DNA of 64,000 nucleotides from a bacterium (GCA_963693055.1 OY843751.1:2912001-2976000), one strand, 5' to 3'. Shown: positions 9,835 to 19,637, counted from the stretch's first letter. The notes: generated from the sequence alone by a model not told the origin. Program-made: numbers and translations.

Positions 9835-10581
9835 TTATTTGAAAAGCTTTTGCACATTTTCATACGCTTCCAGCGTACCAATATCATAATATGCTTCCTT
9901 CATAATATGTGCAAAAACCGATTTTTGTTGATACAGCCAGCCGGTAAAATTTCCGGGCGCATCAGGATTATTGCCATCATCCAGGTATTTTTTAATTAAA
10001 GGCAGTGTTTCTTTTCTATACATATAAAATGCAGGTGCTACATAATTCGATTTTGGCTGCTGTGGTTTTTCTTCAAATCCAATAATTTGCTGGTTGGCAT
10101 CCAATTCCATGATACCGGAACGTTGCAGCTTTTCAAGATTATCAACAGGATGTGCCAACACTACATCAGCCTGTTTTTCTCTATACATGGCAAGCATATC
10201 AACAAACGATGATTTGTACACATTATCACCAGCAGTAACCAAAAGTTCACTATCGATCTTGTGCTTATCCAACACAAATTGAATATCTGCAATTGCACCC
10301 AAACGTGTTTCGTTGCTGGTTGTACCATCGTTTACAATGACAATATCAAACTGGGGAAAAATCTTTTTCTTATTAACTTCACTGGCCCAGTTTTCAAAAC
10401 TGGATGAAAATTTATCATTGGTTACTATATATACTTTATCAATACAATTCAGCTCTATAAAATCATCAAGAATATACTCAACAAGTGTTTTAGTACCCAA
10501 TTGCAACAAGGGTTTGGGACGATCTTTTGTGAGCGGATACAAACGGGTAGCGTAACCCGCAGCTAGTATAATTGCCTGCAT
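9835..10581 (-). CDS. Sugar-phosphate nucleotidyltransferase
   Basis: ILAAGYATRLYPLT..PKPLL, EEKP, DIGT. Confidence 0.9.
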   Translation of the reverse strand: MQAIILAAGYATRLYPLTKDRPKPLLQLGTKTLVEYILDDFIELNCIDKVYIVTNDKFSSSFENWASEVNKKKIFPQFDIVIVNDGTTSNETRLGAIADIQFVLDKHKIDSELLVTAGDNVYKSSFVDMLAMYREKQADVVLAHPVDNLEKLQRSGIMELDANQQIIGFEEKPQQPKSNYVAPAFYMYRKETLPLIKKYLDDGNNPDAPGNFTGWLYQQKSVFAHIMKEAYYDIGTLEAYENVQKLFK

Positions 10582-10631
10582 AGATTCAATACTCCATAAG
10601 CTTTGGAAATTTTATTAATTGTGTAGGAAAA

Positions 10632-10934
10632 TCAGGATAATTTATAAACGGAATCCTTTACGAGCTCAAAGGTTACCGTTTGTCCAAAATGTGGACGAAA
10701 TGTTTTAATAAATGGTGTTAGGTCAATTCTGTAATGAACATGTGGTTTTTGTGGACCTCTGCACCAGCAATTTACAATTGAAATTTTTGAATCAAACGTT
10801 TCATCTTTAACCTCAACCTGAAATATAACATCAGGTTTTGGAAAGAGTTTCAAGCTATCTAGCAAAACCATAACATACCTTCCATTTGCTTCTTCGCTCG
10901 AAAGTTTTCTTTTATATATAATTTTTCTTTCCAT
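10632..10934 (-). CDS. Hypothetical protein, possible B3/pseudobarrel fold with CxC-HxH motif
   Basis: Fits between def and the nucleotidyltransferase; fold guess is from sequence pattern only. Confidence 0.7.
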   Translation of the reverse strand: MERKIIYKRKLSSEEANGRYVMVLLDSLKLFPKPDVIFQVEVKDETFDSKISIVNCWCRGPQKPHVHYRIDLTPFIKTFRPHFGQTVTFELVKDSVYKLS

Positions 10935-10942
10935 CTTGAACC

Positions 10943-11527
10943 TCAGGATTTGTTTTGTGGGTTGAAATACAATTTTTCATCTTCTTCAAACAGATTTTCA
11001 GCATAAAATCGATCCACTTCATCGAGTGTTACGGGCTTATTTGAAGGAAAACCTTCAAGGTCATCATTATCAATCCACTCTAGTGTGGAAAGATCTGCTC
11101 TGTCAATATACAGAGTGCCATTTAAATGGTCTATTTCATGCTGCATGACAATTGCCAACAATCCTTTGGCAGTAATTTCAACAGGTTCGCCTTTTTCGTT
11201 CAATGCTTTAACAACAACTTTGGTATACCTGGGTACATTGGCTTGCAAGCCCGGTAAACTCAAACAGCCCTCACCACCCTCTTCCATGGATTCGCTGTGC
11301 GCAATAATCTCAGGATTAATGAGAACATAGGTGTTATCAAAATCATGAGCAACAATAACTCGTTTCAGTACGTTAACCTGATTGGCCGCCAGTCCCACAC
11401 CATCTCTTTCGTGCATGGTTTCAACCATATCGTTTAAAAATTGCTCATCCAGCTCTTCGGGTTTTACAGGCTCTGCAACGGTTCGTAATGTAGGGTGCCC
11501 GTAATAGATTACATCAAGAATTGCCAT
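10943..11527 (-). CDS. def: Peptide deformylase
   Basis: GVGLAANQ, EGCLS, QHEIDHLNG. Confidence 0.97.
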   Translation of the reverse strand: MAILDVIYYGHPTLRTVAEPVKPEELDEQFLNDMVETMHERDGVGLAANQVNVLKRVIVAHDFDNTYVLINPEIIAHSESMEEGGEGCLSLPGLQANVPRYTKVVVKALNEKGEPVEITAKGLLAIVMQHEIDHLNGTLYIDRADLSTLEWIDNDDLEGFPSNKPVTLDEVDRFYAENLFEEDEKLYFNPQNKS

Positions 11528-11536
11528 GATTTTTCC

Positions 11537-12001
11537 TTAATTATTTTCTCGTCTCTCTTTGCGCGCTTTACGTCTTGTACCTGCTTGCTCCCATCTTTTG
11601 AGTTCTTCAGGTGTTTCAGCGTGCAGTTCTGGTAGCTTGCAAGGTTTATGATCTTTGGTCATTCCAACAATAATAAAAAATCCATTGGCAGCTAAAAATT
11701 TATCTCCATTGTAAGTATTGCTGGCCCATACTTCAACTTCTACATCCATTGAGGTTGTAAATGTTCTGCAAAGGACGGCCGTAACAGTTATAACATGACC
11801 AACCTGTATGGGTTTGAAAAATGTAACGGATTCTACGGAAACAGTTGTAACCCTGGCTTCTGAATGTCGTCTGGCACATATTGCAGAAGTTTCATCCATC
11901 AGATTTAACAAATATCCACCAAATATGGTACCAATAGTATTTGCATGTGCAGGCATTGCCAGTGTGCTGGATTCGGTATATGAGTCTAGAGATTTTTTCA
12001 T
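11537..12001 (-). CDS. Acyl-CoA thioesterase (hotdog fold)
   Basis: PAHANTIGTIFGG.LLNLMDE; ATG at 12001 overlaps the lipA stop (ATGA). Confidence 0.9.
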   Translation of the reverse strand: MKKSLDSYTESSTLAMPAHANTIGTIFGGYLLNLMDETSAICARRHSEARVTTVSVESVTFFKPIQVGHVITVTAVLCRTFTTSMDVEVEVWASNTYNGDKFLAANGFFIIVGMTKDHKPCKLPELHAETPEELKRWEQAGTRRKARKERRENN

Positions 12002-12864
12002 GCTGCGGCCCCACAACCAGAATACTGCTCATCCGCATGATATGAACTGCGAACTAATGGGCCGGATTCAATATGCTCAAATCCCAGTCCCAAACCAATT
12101 TGTTTATACTGTTCAAATTCTTCCGGAGTAACAAACCTTTCAATAGCCAAATGGTCTTTTGTTGGCTGCAAGTACTGACCAATGGTCAAAATCTTGCAAT
12201 TAACAGCCAGCAAATCTTTCATTAAATTTACTATCTCGTCAAGTGTTTCACCCACACCAACCATAATACCAGATTTTGTAACAGCTCCCATCTTGAAAGC
12301 ATTTTCTAAAACAGTCAGAGATTGTTTGTAATTGGCTTGCGGCCTTACTTTGCTATACAAAGAAGGTACTGTTTCAACATTGTGGTTCAAAATGTCAGGT
12401 TTGGCATCGAGTACGGCTTTTAAGGCTTCAACATTCCCTTTGAAATCAGGGATCAATACCTCTACTTTACAATCGGGTTGCTTTTCCTGAATCAGTCGAA
12501 TGGTTTCTGCAAAATGGGCTGATCCTCCATCAGCAAGATCATCTCGGGTAACCGAAGTTACAACTGCATATCGTAAATCCAGTGCTTTAACAGCATTTGC
12601 AACGCGTCTGGGTTCATCAGCATCCAGTTCACCGGGTTTTCCGGTTGTCACTGCACAAAAACGGCAGTTACGCGTACAGATATCTCCCAAAATCATGAAT
12701 GTTGCAGTACGTCGACTCCAACACTCACCCTGATTAGGACATCTGGCACTTTGACAAACGGTAAACAGGTTTTCATCCTGTATGATCTCATTTACCTTGG
12801 AATAATCGTTGCCACCCGGCAATTTAATTTTTAACCAATGGGGTCTTCTTTTATATATTTTCAT
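11998..12864 (-). CDS. lipA: Lipoyl synthase
   Basis: CQSARCPNQGEC plus CTRNCRFC and RSSY. Confidence 0.97.
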   Translation of the reverse strand: MKIYKRRPHWLKIKLPGGNDYSKVNEIIQDENLFTVCQSARCPNQGECWSRRTATFMILGDICTRNCRFCAVTTGKPGELDADEPRRVANAVKALDLRYAVVTSVTRDDLADGGSAHFAETIRLIQEKQPDCKVEVLIPDFKGNVEALKAVLDAKPDILNHNVETVPSLYSKVRPQANYKQSLTVLENAFKMGAVTKSGIMVGVGETLDEIVNLMKDLLAVNCKILTIGQYLQPTKDHLAIERFVTPEEFEQYKQIGLGLGFEHIESGPLVRSSYHADEQYSGCGAAA

Positions 12865-12886
12865 AATACCATGTATATTTTATTGA

Positions 12887-13576
12887 TCAATCCTGGTCCC
12901 AGGTTTCTTTATTAACAATATATTTACCAAAAGCTTCCTGAGTCCAGGGCATATATTCACCAAACATTTCATTTATAGCATTTGCAAACTCGCGAATTTC
13001 ATATTGAGCATGATCATCCATTCGAAGATTCAAAAAATTCATAAGCGAGCGGGCATTAATCGTCCAGTAAAATTGTGTATACAAAGACAATGGCAGTACT
13101 ATACGCGCATGTTCTTTAGCTACACCCTTTTCAAGCAGTTCATGATAGAGTTCATAAGAATCCTGAAAATGCTTTTCAATTTTAGCCAGCAATTCAGCAT
13201 TTAATTCAGATTCAACCTCTGTATATTTGTAATTACGGGCTTTTTGTGAACGCAATACATCCGGAACACAAAATTCTTCTTTCATTTCTGCATAACGACC
13301 GGATATTTCATTATAACTGGATATTCTATGTCTGAACCACTGTCTTGCCACAAAAATAGGACATTTGATGTGAAATTTAAATACAGAATGTTCAAATGGA
13401 GTTTCATGATGATTTGCCATGAGAAAAAATAACAGCTTTTTATCACGTTCGTCGTTGGTAACTCCTTTGCCAAAAGACACGCGTGCAGCTTGAACCACGG
13501 CATTATCTCCACCCATAAAATCGACAAGCTTTACAAATCCTTTATCCAGAACATTTTTTTCCTTTAAAAACTCCAC
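12887..13576 (-). CDS. thyX: FAD-dependent thymidylate synthase
   Basis: HETPFEH, RQWFRHR-x7-SGRY, HAQYEIR. Confidence 0.96.
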   Translation of the reverse strand: MEFLKEKNVLDKGFVKLVDFMGGDNAVVQAARVSFGKGVTNDERDKKLLFFLMANHHETPFEHSVFKFHIKCPIFVARQWFRHRISSYNEISGRYAEMKEEFCVPDVLRSQKARNYKYTEVESELNAELLAKIEKHFQDSYELYHELLEKGVAKEHARIVLPLSLYTQFYWTINARSLMNFLNLRMDDHAQYEIREFANAINEMFGEYMPWTQEAFGKYIVNKETWDQD

Positions 13577-13591
13577 TCTAACCTCACTGTA

Positions 13592-14779
13592 TTATTTCAA
13601 AAGTTCACCGGCGATTTGTTCACCGAATGTATAACAGTTTTGCAATTCCTCGTCACTGGGAACCAATACAGCTGTCACCCCTTCATAAGGGACCTTGAAT
13701 TTCATGGTTTTCAACCGCTCGTCAAGCTGCGGAACAGCTTCTCCACTCCATCCGTATGATCCAAAGCTACCGGCAATCTTGCCTTTTACATCCAGTGTAA
13801 CCAGACTATTCAACACATCCCAGACGGGTTTAACAACATTATTATTAATTGTTGTAGAACCAAATAATAACGCATCTGCATTTTCAATTTGGTCAAGATG
13901 TGTCAGGGGCTCTAAATCTGTTGTATCATAAACAGCAACATCAGCGCCTTTATTTCTTGCACCATCTGCAATTTTATTGGCCATAATTTCTGTATTGCCA
14001 TGTGCTGAAGCATAATACATTAATATTTTGGGTGGATTGTTTTCGAGGGCGGGTTCGGACCATTTCGCATATGCATTTATAAAGATATCCAGATCCTGGC
14101 GCAATATTGGGCCATGTGAAGGTGCAATGGTTTCAATTTGTAAATCACTTATTTTCTCAAGCATGTTACGTACGTTCTTTTTAAAAGGACGCATTATACA
14201 ATCAAAATAGTATTTATAATCCGGAGAAAAATTATATTTGATCAAATCATTAAACAAATGCGGATCACAATAATGCGAAGCAAACACATCGCATGGGAAG
14301 AGAATTTTATCTTCATCCAGGTATGTCATCATTGTATCGGGCCAATGTAAAAAAGGTGCCGGGATAAATGTGAGTGTTCGGGAGCCAAGTTCCAATGTTT
14401 CACCTTGCTTAACTTTTCTGATATCGACGTTACGGTTAATAATATTGTTTACATATTTTACTGCTGGACCGGCACAAATAATTTGAGCATCGGGAGCAGC
14501 TTCAAGCAGCCTTAACAAACTGCCTGAATGGTCAGGTTCATTATGCTGAACAATGATATAATCAATATCTTTGGGATCAACAAGTTGAGACAAATTTTGC
14601 ATATATGCATCTGCAAATTTTTCTTTTACGGTATCAATAACAACTGTTTTTTCATCTTTGATCAAATAACTGTTATATGTGGTACCGTTTTTGGTTTCCA
14701 TAATAATATCAAACACCCTCAAATCCGGGTGCAGCGCGCCTATCCAGTAAATATTTTCTTTAATTTCAACAGGTTTCAT
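13592..14779 (-). CDS. fprA: Class A flavodiiron protein (O2/NO reductase)
   Basis: GTTYNSY, HNEPDH, HWPD, PSHG, flavodoxin domain with GSYGWSG. Confidence 0.93.
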   Translation of the reverse strand: MKPVEIKENIYWIGALHPDLRVFDIIMETKNGTTYNSYLIKDEKTVVIDTVKEKFADAYMQNLSQLVDPKDIDYIIVQHNEPDHSGSLLRLLEAAPDAQIICAGPAVKYVNNIINRNVDIRKVKQGETLELGSRTLTFIPAPFLHWPDTMMTYLDEDKILFPCDVFASHYCDPHLFNDLIKYNFSPDYKYYFDCIMRPFKKNVRNMLEKISDLQIETIAPSHGPILRQDLDIFINAYAKWSEPALENNPPKILMYYASAHGNTEIMANKIADGARNKGADVAVYDTTDLEPLTHLDQIENADALLFGSTTINNNVVKPVWDVLNSLVTLDVKGKIAGSFGSYGWSGEAVPQLDERLKTMKFKVPYEGVTAVLVPSDEELQNCYTFGEQIAGELLK

Positions 14780-14799
14780 AATGTGTCTCCGGCGATCAA

Positions 14800-15003
14800 T
14801 TATAACTTTTCAACAGTAATCTTGTAACCATTGATTTTTACTTCTTCTGCTTTGCAGTTACTCATCTCTGCATCTTCCGGTTTGGGTTTGTTAGAGTGAT
14901 CCAAACAACCGGTCATAGCTTCCTCTGCTGATGCAGCAACACGGATATTACAACATGATTTACTACCAAGATTATAAACCATATATAATTTTAACTCACT
15001 CAT
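14800..15003 (-). CDS. Small 67-aa Cys-containing hypothetical protein
   Basis: ATG at 15003 with GGAG RBS, overlapping the iscU stop; 4 Cys. Confidence 0.75.
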   Translation of the reverse strand: MSELKLYMVYNLGSKSCCNIRVAASAEEAMTGCLDHSNKPKPEDAEMSNCKAEEVKINGYKITVEKL

Positions 15004-15412
15004 TTTTATCTCCCTCTGCGTCCTTATCAGACGATAAATTTTTACGATAATCATCAATAGCTGCCTTTAAGGCATCTTCAGCCAGTACAGAGCAATGCAT
15101 TTTAACCTTTGGCAAACCACCGAGAGCTTCTGTAACTGCCTTGTTTGAAATTTTCAAGGCTTCATCAAGATTTTTACCTTTTACCATTTCAGTAACCATT
15201 GAACTGGTCGCTATTGCAGCACCACAACCAAAAGTTTTAAATTTTACATCAGTAATGATATCATTCTCAACATGAATGGACAATTTCATAACATCCCCAC
15301 AGGCAGGATTACCAACAACTCCTACCCCATTGGCTTCATCAACAACGCCAACATTACGGGGATTTTCGTAATGATCCATTACTTTTTCTGTATATTCATT
15401 CCATGCATCCAT
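14996..15412 (-). CDS. iscU: Fe-S cluster scaffold IscU/NifU-N
   Basis: NPRNVG, NPACGD, TFGCG, KMHCS. Confidence 0.95.
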   Translation of the reverse strand: MDAWNEYTEKVMDHYENPRNVGVVDEANGVGVVGNPACGDVMKLSIHVENDIITDVKFKTFGCGAAIATSSMVTEMVKGKNLDEALKISNKAVTEALGGLPKVKMHCSVLAEDALKAAIDDYRKNLSSDKDAEGDKNE

Positions 15413-15425
15413 AACAATACCTATT

Positions 15426-16637
15426 TTAATGTGAATGATCTGACCAGGTCATTTTATCAATATCAACGCCTTCTTTGGCCAAATCGTACAAGGGTGACAT
15501 TTCACGAAGTTTTTTAACATTTCTAGTCAACAATTCTATCAAATAATCTACATGCTCAATTGTATTCATTTTTCCTAAACCAAATCGTATTGAACAATGC
15601 GCCAGAGAATCAGGGACATTGATTGCGTGCAATACATATGACGATTGTAATGAAGCTGATGTACATGCCGAACCTGATGATAATGCCACATCCCGGCATG
15701 CAAGGATCAAAGATTCACCTTCTACATATGCAAAACTGTAATTCAGGTTGTTAGGTAAACGTTTTTCAGGATGTCCGTTCAGTTTTATGTGATCTAAATT
15801 TGCTTCGATGCCTTTAGCCAACCTGGCACGTAATGTAAGTAAATGTTCAACATTCTGCTTCATATCTCTTTTTGCAATTTCTGCAGCTTTGCCCAATCCC
15901 ACAATACCGGGAACATTCAATGTACCGGAGCGCATACCCCGTTCATGACCACCACCATATATTTGAGCAACCAGTTTAATACCTTTTTTAACATACAATG
16001 CACCAACACCTTTGGGGCCATACATCTTGTGACCAGAGATTGACAACATGTCAATATTATCGCGTACCACATCAATCTCGATCTTGCCCAAAGCCTGAAC
16101 AGCGTCTGTGTGAAACAATATATTCTTTTCATGAGCAATTGCGCCGATTTCCTGCAAGGGTTGCACAGAACCAATTTCACTGTTTGCTGCCTGTATTGAT
16201 ATTAACAGGGTTTTATCATTGATCAATGATTTTAAATGTTCAAGATCAACTAATCCATATTCATCAAGATTTGCATATTGAATATCATATCCCTGTTTGG
16301 CTAGACGCTTAACCGTATCAAGTATTGCTTTATGTTCAGTAGCTATGGTAATGATACGGCCTTTGGTATCGGCATATTTCTCAGCAACACCTTTAATGGC
16401 AAGATTGTCAGATTCGGTAGCACCGCTTGTAAAGATAATTTCATCTGCACTTTTGGCACCAATTAATTTCGCAGTCTGAAGCCTGGCATTTTCAACAGCA
16501 GAACGTGCTATATGTCCATATTCATGAGTATTACTTGATGCATTGCCAAAATCATGTGTAAAGAAAGGCAGTATTGCATCCAGGACCTCTTTATCAACAG
16601 GGGTCGTTGCATGATGGTCCAAATATATTGTATTCAT
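15426..16637 (-). CDS. iscS: Cysteine desulfurase
   Basis: YLDHHATTP, TSGATE, SGHKMYGPKG, SSGSACTS. Confidence 0.96.
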   Translation of the reverse strand: MNTIYLDHHATTPVDKEVLDAILPFFTHDFGNASSNTHEYGHIARSAVENARLQTAKLIGAKSADEIIFTSGATESDNLAIKGVAEKYADTKGRIITIATEHKAILDTVKRLAKQGYDIQYANLDEYGLVDLEHLKSLINDKTLLISIQAANSEIGSVQPLQEIGAIAHEKNILFHTDAVQALGKIEIDVVRDNIDMLSISGHKMYGPKGVGALYVKKGIKLVAQIYGGGHERGMRSGTLNVPGIVGLGKAAEIAKRDMKQNVEHLLTLRARLAKGIEANLDHIKLNGHPEKRLPNNLNYSFAYVEGESLILACRDVALSSGSACTSASLQSSYVLHAINVPDSLAHCSIRFGLGKMNTIEHVDYLIELLTRNVKKLREMSPLYDLAKEGVDIDKMTWSDHSH

Positions 16638-16733
16638 ATAAATTTACCTTTAATTTAGTTAAATCCAAGTATATAAAGTAATTTTTTTTAATGATAAAAT
16701 CAAGGATTTCAATATTCAAAAAAGCAGGTATTC

Positions 16734-16772
16734 AAAAAAAAAAGCCCCTGTATAATAAATACAGGGGCTTTT
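16734..16772 (-). terminator. Rho-independent terminator
   Basis: AAAAGCCCCTGTAT/ATACAGGGGCTTTT stem with a long U tract on the minus strand. Confidence 0.9.
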
Positions 16773-16790
16773 CATGGAAAAGGTAAATTT

Positions 16791-17309
16791 TCAGGCATCT
16801 TGTTCAGATGATACCTTGTTATCAATATATTCATCAGACTCTTCCAAATCTGCAGGGTCAATATCCAAATTCAGGGGTTCTGCAAATAAAGATTCCAAAA
16901 GCGCTAAATGTTGCTCACGCTCCATTGCCAAATCACGAAACAGTTGACGCAATTCAGATTCAACAAGGCGACGTGATACCAACTGGTAAAAATCTTTGAG
17001 CTCTTTTTCATTCTTTTTAACTGTTCTTACTGCATCATTTGGATCATCACCACACTTTAGTAAAGAACTCAATTTATGTTTCTTTCCGAGATTCAAGTAT
17101 AATATTTTTTTACCACTGGTTTTACTATATGTCTTGATCAATCTCTGTCTGTTCTTTTCCTCTTTTTCCGAAAGACCATGTAGTATTGCTTCAGCATCAT
17201 CACTTTTAACCAGCGAAGCAGCTTTGGTATAATATAATTGCATGTCTGCTTCACATTGTATTGATACTTTAAGGGCGTCGAGAGTGTTTATAGAATTCAA
17301 ATTTGTCAT
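16791..17309 (-). CDS. Ferritin/rubrerythrin-like four-helix protein with degenerate diiron motifs
   Basis: Duplicated E-x6-Y...EExxH-like pattern (EADMQLYY/EEKN; EKELKDFY/EREQH). Confidence 0.8.
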   Translation of the reverse strand: MTNLNSINTLDALKVSIQCEADMQLYYTKAASLVKSDDAEAILHGLSEKEEKNRQRLIKTYSKTSGKKILYLNLGKKHKLSSLLKCGDDPNDAVRTVKKNEKELKDFYQLVSRRLVESELRQLFRDLAMEREQHLALLESLFAEPLNLDIDPADLEESDEYIDNKVSSEQDA

Positions 17310-17472
17310 CTAACTCTACCTCCTTATCCGAAATACAGATCATTTAATATATATTGAAACATCAAAAACATATTAGATTGTTTATTTACATTACAATGTA
17401 TTAAATAATGCTTTAAAGCACAATTCAACAATTGTAAACAATTGTAATAACCTATTGTTTTTATATGTATAT

Positions 17473-17500
17473 ATAACGTTTTTTTGAAGCGATTTGTTCC
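17473..17500 (-). promoter_or_regulatory. Putative ECF-type promoter
   Basis: GGAAC-N17-CGTTAT; motif recurs at 23131-23157 and 54136-54163. Confidence 0.5.
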
Positions 17501-17524
17501 GGAGAAAAGTAGAAAAATGAATTA

Positions 17525-18799
17525 TTATTCAATATCGGCAAGTATATAAGGACCCTTGGGTATAACCACTATTTTTGAATTTTCGCCATATTTTTTAATA
17601 GATTCTTCAATAGCTTGCTCTACTGTTTCTGCCCAATTGACATGTATACTGTCCTTTTGTTGGTCAGACAAGCCATTAGAAACCAGAATGACATTGGCTT
17701 TTCTGGTTACTTTGACGTATTCCTGAAATTGCCATTGATCAATAACAAAAAAGTCCGGTGTAAACAGCTTTTGGGAAAAATCATCCAAATCTTTAAATTC
17801 CTGGACCAACTCGGTAAAATGATCACTTCCCACTCCCTGGCTGCATTCAGAAGCAATTATTATCGTGCCCCCCTCTTTTACCAATGGCAGTGCAGCTGTC
17901 ATTCCTTTAATGGTTTGATAATATGTTGCATCCAGAGGATAACCGGCAGATGTTGTTATTACAATATCAGCAGGCTCCGGTATTGTATCCCGTACATGTG
18001 ATTTAACAAAATCAATACCTGCTTTATGAGCTGCGTCCAGTTCACCTGAAAAAATACCACTTATTTTTTTTTGCTCATTCAATGCAACATTTACAATAAA
18101 ATCAACACCAGCCATTTTTGCTATTTCTAATGCTTCTTCATGAAAAGGATTTCCCTCAATTACGCCTTCACGGGCATTTTCGTGGGACAATATCTCTGGT
18201 CCATGCATTACTTTGACAGTTTCAATGCTGGCTATGCCCGGTACTACCAGTTTACGACCTCCTGAAAATCCAGCCATGAGATGAGGTTCAATAAAACCCG
18301 TGGCAATTTTAAAATCTGCATTTACAAAACGTTTATCAATCCAAACATCGGTATTTTTACTGGTTTTACCCAAAAACTCGTGTGATTTAAGATTGGTTGC
18401 TTCATGGTTCTCTATATGATACTTGGAAGCAATTTCTTCCCCTACAAGTTCAATCAACTCATCACCCAAATTGGGACGATGAATTCCAGTCGCAATGAGA
18501 ATCAATATATCATCATGAGATAAACCAGCAGCATGCAAAGTTTTCAACAAGGGGGGTAAAATCAAACGATTGGGAACCGGTCTTGTAATATCACAAATAA
18601 GAATACAAGCGGATTGTTTCCCGCGTGCCATATCAAAAAAAGACCGATCGTATCCAATGGGTCTCAATAAAGATTTGGTAATTTCTATATAGGTGTCTGA
18701 TATGGGTTCTGAATCGGACATGGAAAGAATTTTTAACAGGTTTTTATCAGGTACGTCAACTTTTAATCCGGTTTTTCCATAATCCAATTGAATTTGCAT
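17525..18799 (-). CDS. larA: Nickel-pincer-dependent lactate racemase family protein (LarA/DUF2088)
   Basis: DITRP, ATGIHR, EPHLMAGFSGGRK..PG, downstream His, YQTIKG. Confidence 0.88.
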   Translation of the reverse strand: MQIQLDYGKTGLKVDVPDKNLLKILSMSDSEPISDTYIEITKSLLRPIGYDRSFFDMARGKQSACILICDITRPVPNRLILPPLLKTLHAAGLSHDDILILIATGIHRPNLGDELIELVGEEIASKYHIENHEATNLKSHEFLGKTSKNTDVWIDKRFVNADFKIATGFIEPHLMAGFSGGRKLVVPGIASIETVKVMHGPEILSHENAREGVIEGNPFHEEALEIAKMAGVDFIVNVALNEQKKISGIFSGELDAAHKAGIDFVKSHVRDTIPEPADIVITTSAGYPLDATYYQTIKGMTAALPLVKEGGTIIIASECSQGVGSDHFTELVQEFKDLDDFSQKLFTPDFFVIDQWQFQEYVKVTRKANVILVSNGLSDQQKDSIHVNWAETVEQAIEESIKKYGENSKIVVIPKGPYILADIE

Positions 18800-18818
18800 G
18801 CGGGAATCTCTCCTATTT

Positions 18819-19442
18819 TTATTTGTTTTTATACAATGCAGGATTAAATCTGGGATCGTTGTACATTTTATATTGACGATAAATTTTGTGGCGCTTACGT
18901 GCCTGGCGTAAATCTAACATTAATTTATCCAAAGCTCTGCCAAGATCATCGCGCTGTTCAATTAATACATGAAGGCGCTTTTTAGACAATTCCTGGTGCT
19001 CTTTATCTGCATCTTTGCGTTCAACTTCTTCTTCCATATGGAAAATCTTTAAACAAATAATTGACAGACGGTCAATAATACTGCCGGGTGTTTCAGAATT
19101 GGATTCAATATTATTATCCGGTTCAATACCGGCATTTTGTAAAACAGTATCGATCCATATGTCAATACGTTCAATTGAATCATTACGGGTTTGATTATAT
19201 TTATCAATATGACGCTTACAATCAACAATAACAGCATCTTCTACATCTGTTCTACGGGCATCATCTTCATAATGCCAGATTGTAAAATTATTATAATGGA
19301 TCCATTGGGTCATACCTTTGGGAGAATGATGGTCTTCCGGTTCAAGCGGACCCGTATTGTGCCATAATTCTACAAGATCGGTATACCATTCAATTAATCG
19401 ATCACTTTTAAATGGGGTCAATATTTCAGATAATGAACTCAA
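18819..19442 (-). CDS. DUF4254 family protein
   Basis: WHYEDDAR, ID..NQ.RND, NSETPG..IDRLSI..LK.FHM, YRQYKMYND; TTG start with GGAGG RBS. Confidence 0.85.
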   Translation of the reverse strand: MSSLSEILTPFKSDRLIEWYTDLVELWHNTGPLEPEDHHSPKGMTQWIHYNNFTIWHYEDDARRTDVEDAVIVDCKRHIDKYNQTRNDSIERIDIWIDTVLQNAGIEPDNNIESNSETPGSIIDRLSIICLKIFHMEEEVERKDADKEHQELSKKRLHVLIEQRDDLGRALDKLMLDLRQARKRHKIYRQYKMYNDPRFNPALYKNK

Positions 19443-19561
19443 GGCTCCTCCTAAATTTTCAATTATCTAATTTATGAATATTGGACTTGAAATGCAAGTC
19501 TATAGAATGTATTTTTATTTTTTCATTTGCGTTTTGAAAATTATTTTGTACCTTTGCATAT

Positions 19562-19637
19562 CCGTTAGGGGTGGTCCCTAAGACCTGAGATTACACCCTA
19601 AGAACCTGACCTGGTTAATACTAGCGTAGGGAAACGG
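19562..19637 (+). ncRNA. TPP riboswitch aptamer
   Basis: GGGGTG...CTGAGA..ACCC..GAACCTGA.CTGGTTAATACTAGCGTAGGGA hallmark motifs; P1 CCGTT/AACGG. Confidence 0.95.

Noticed and set aside
12887-13576. thyX (and dNK) as phage-derived genes
   Set aside because: Embedded in housekeeping operons; no integrase, structural genes or att sites
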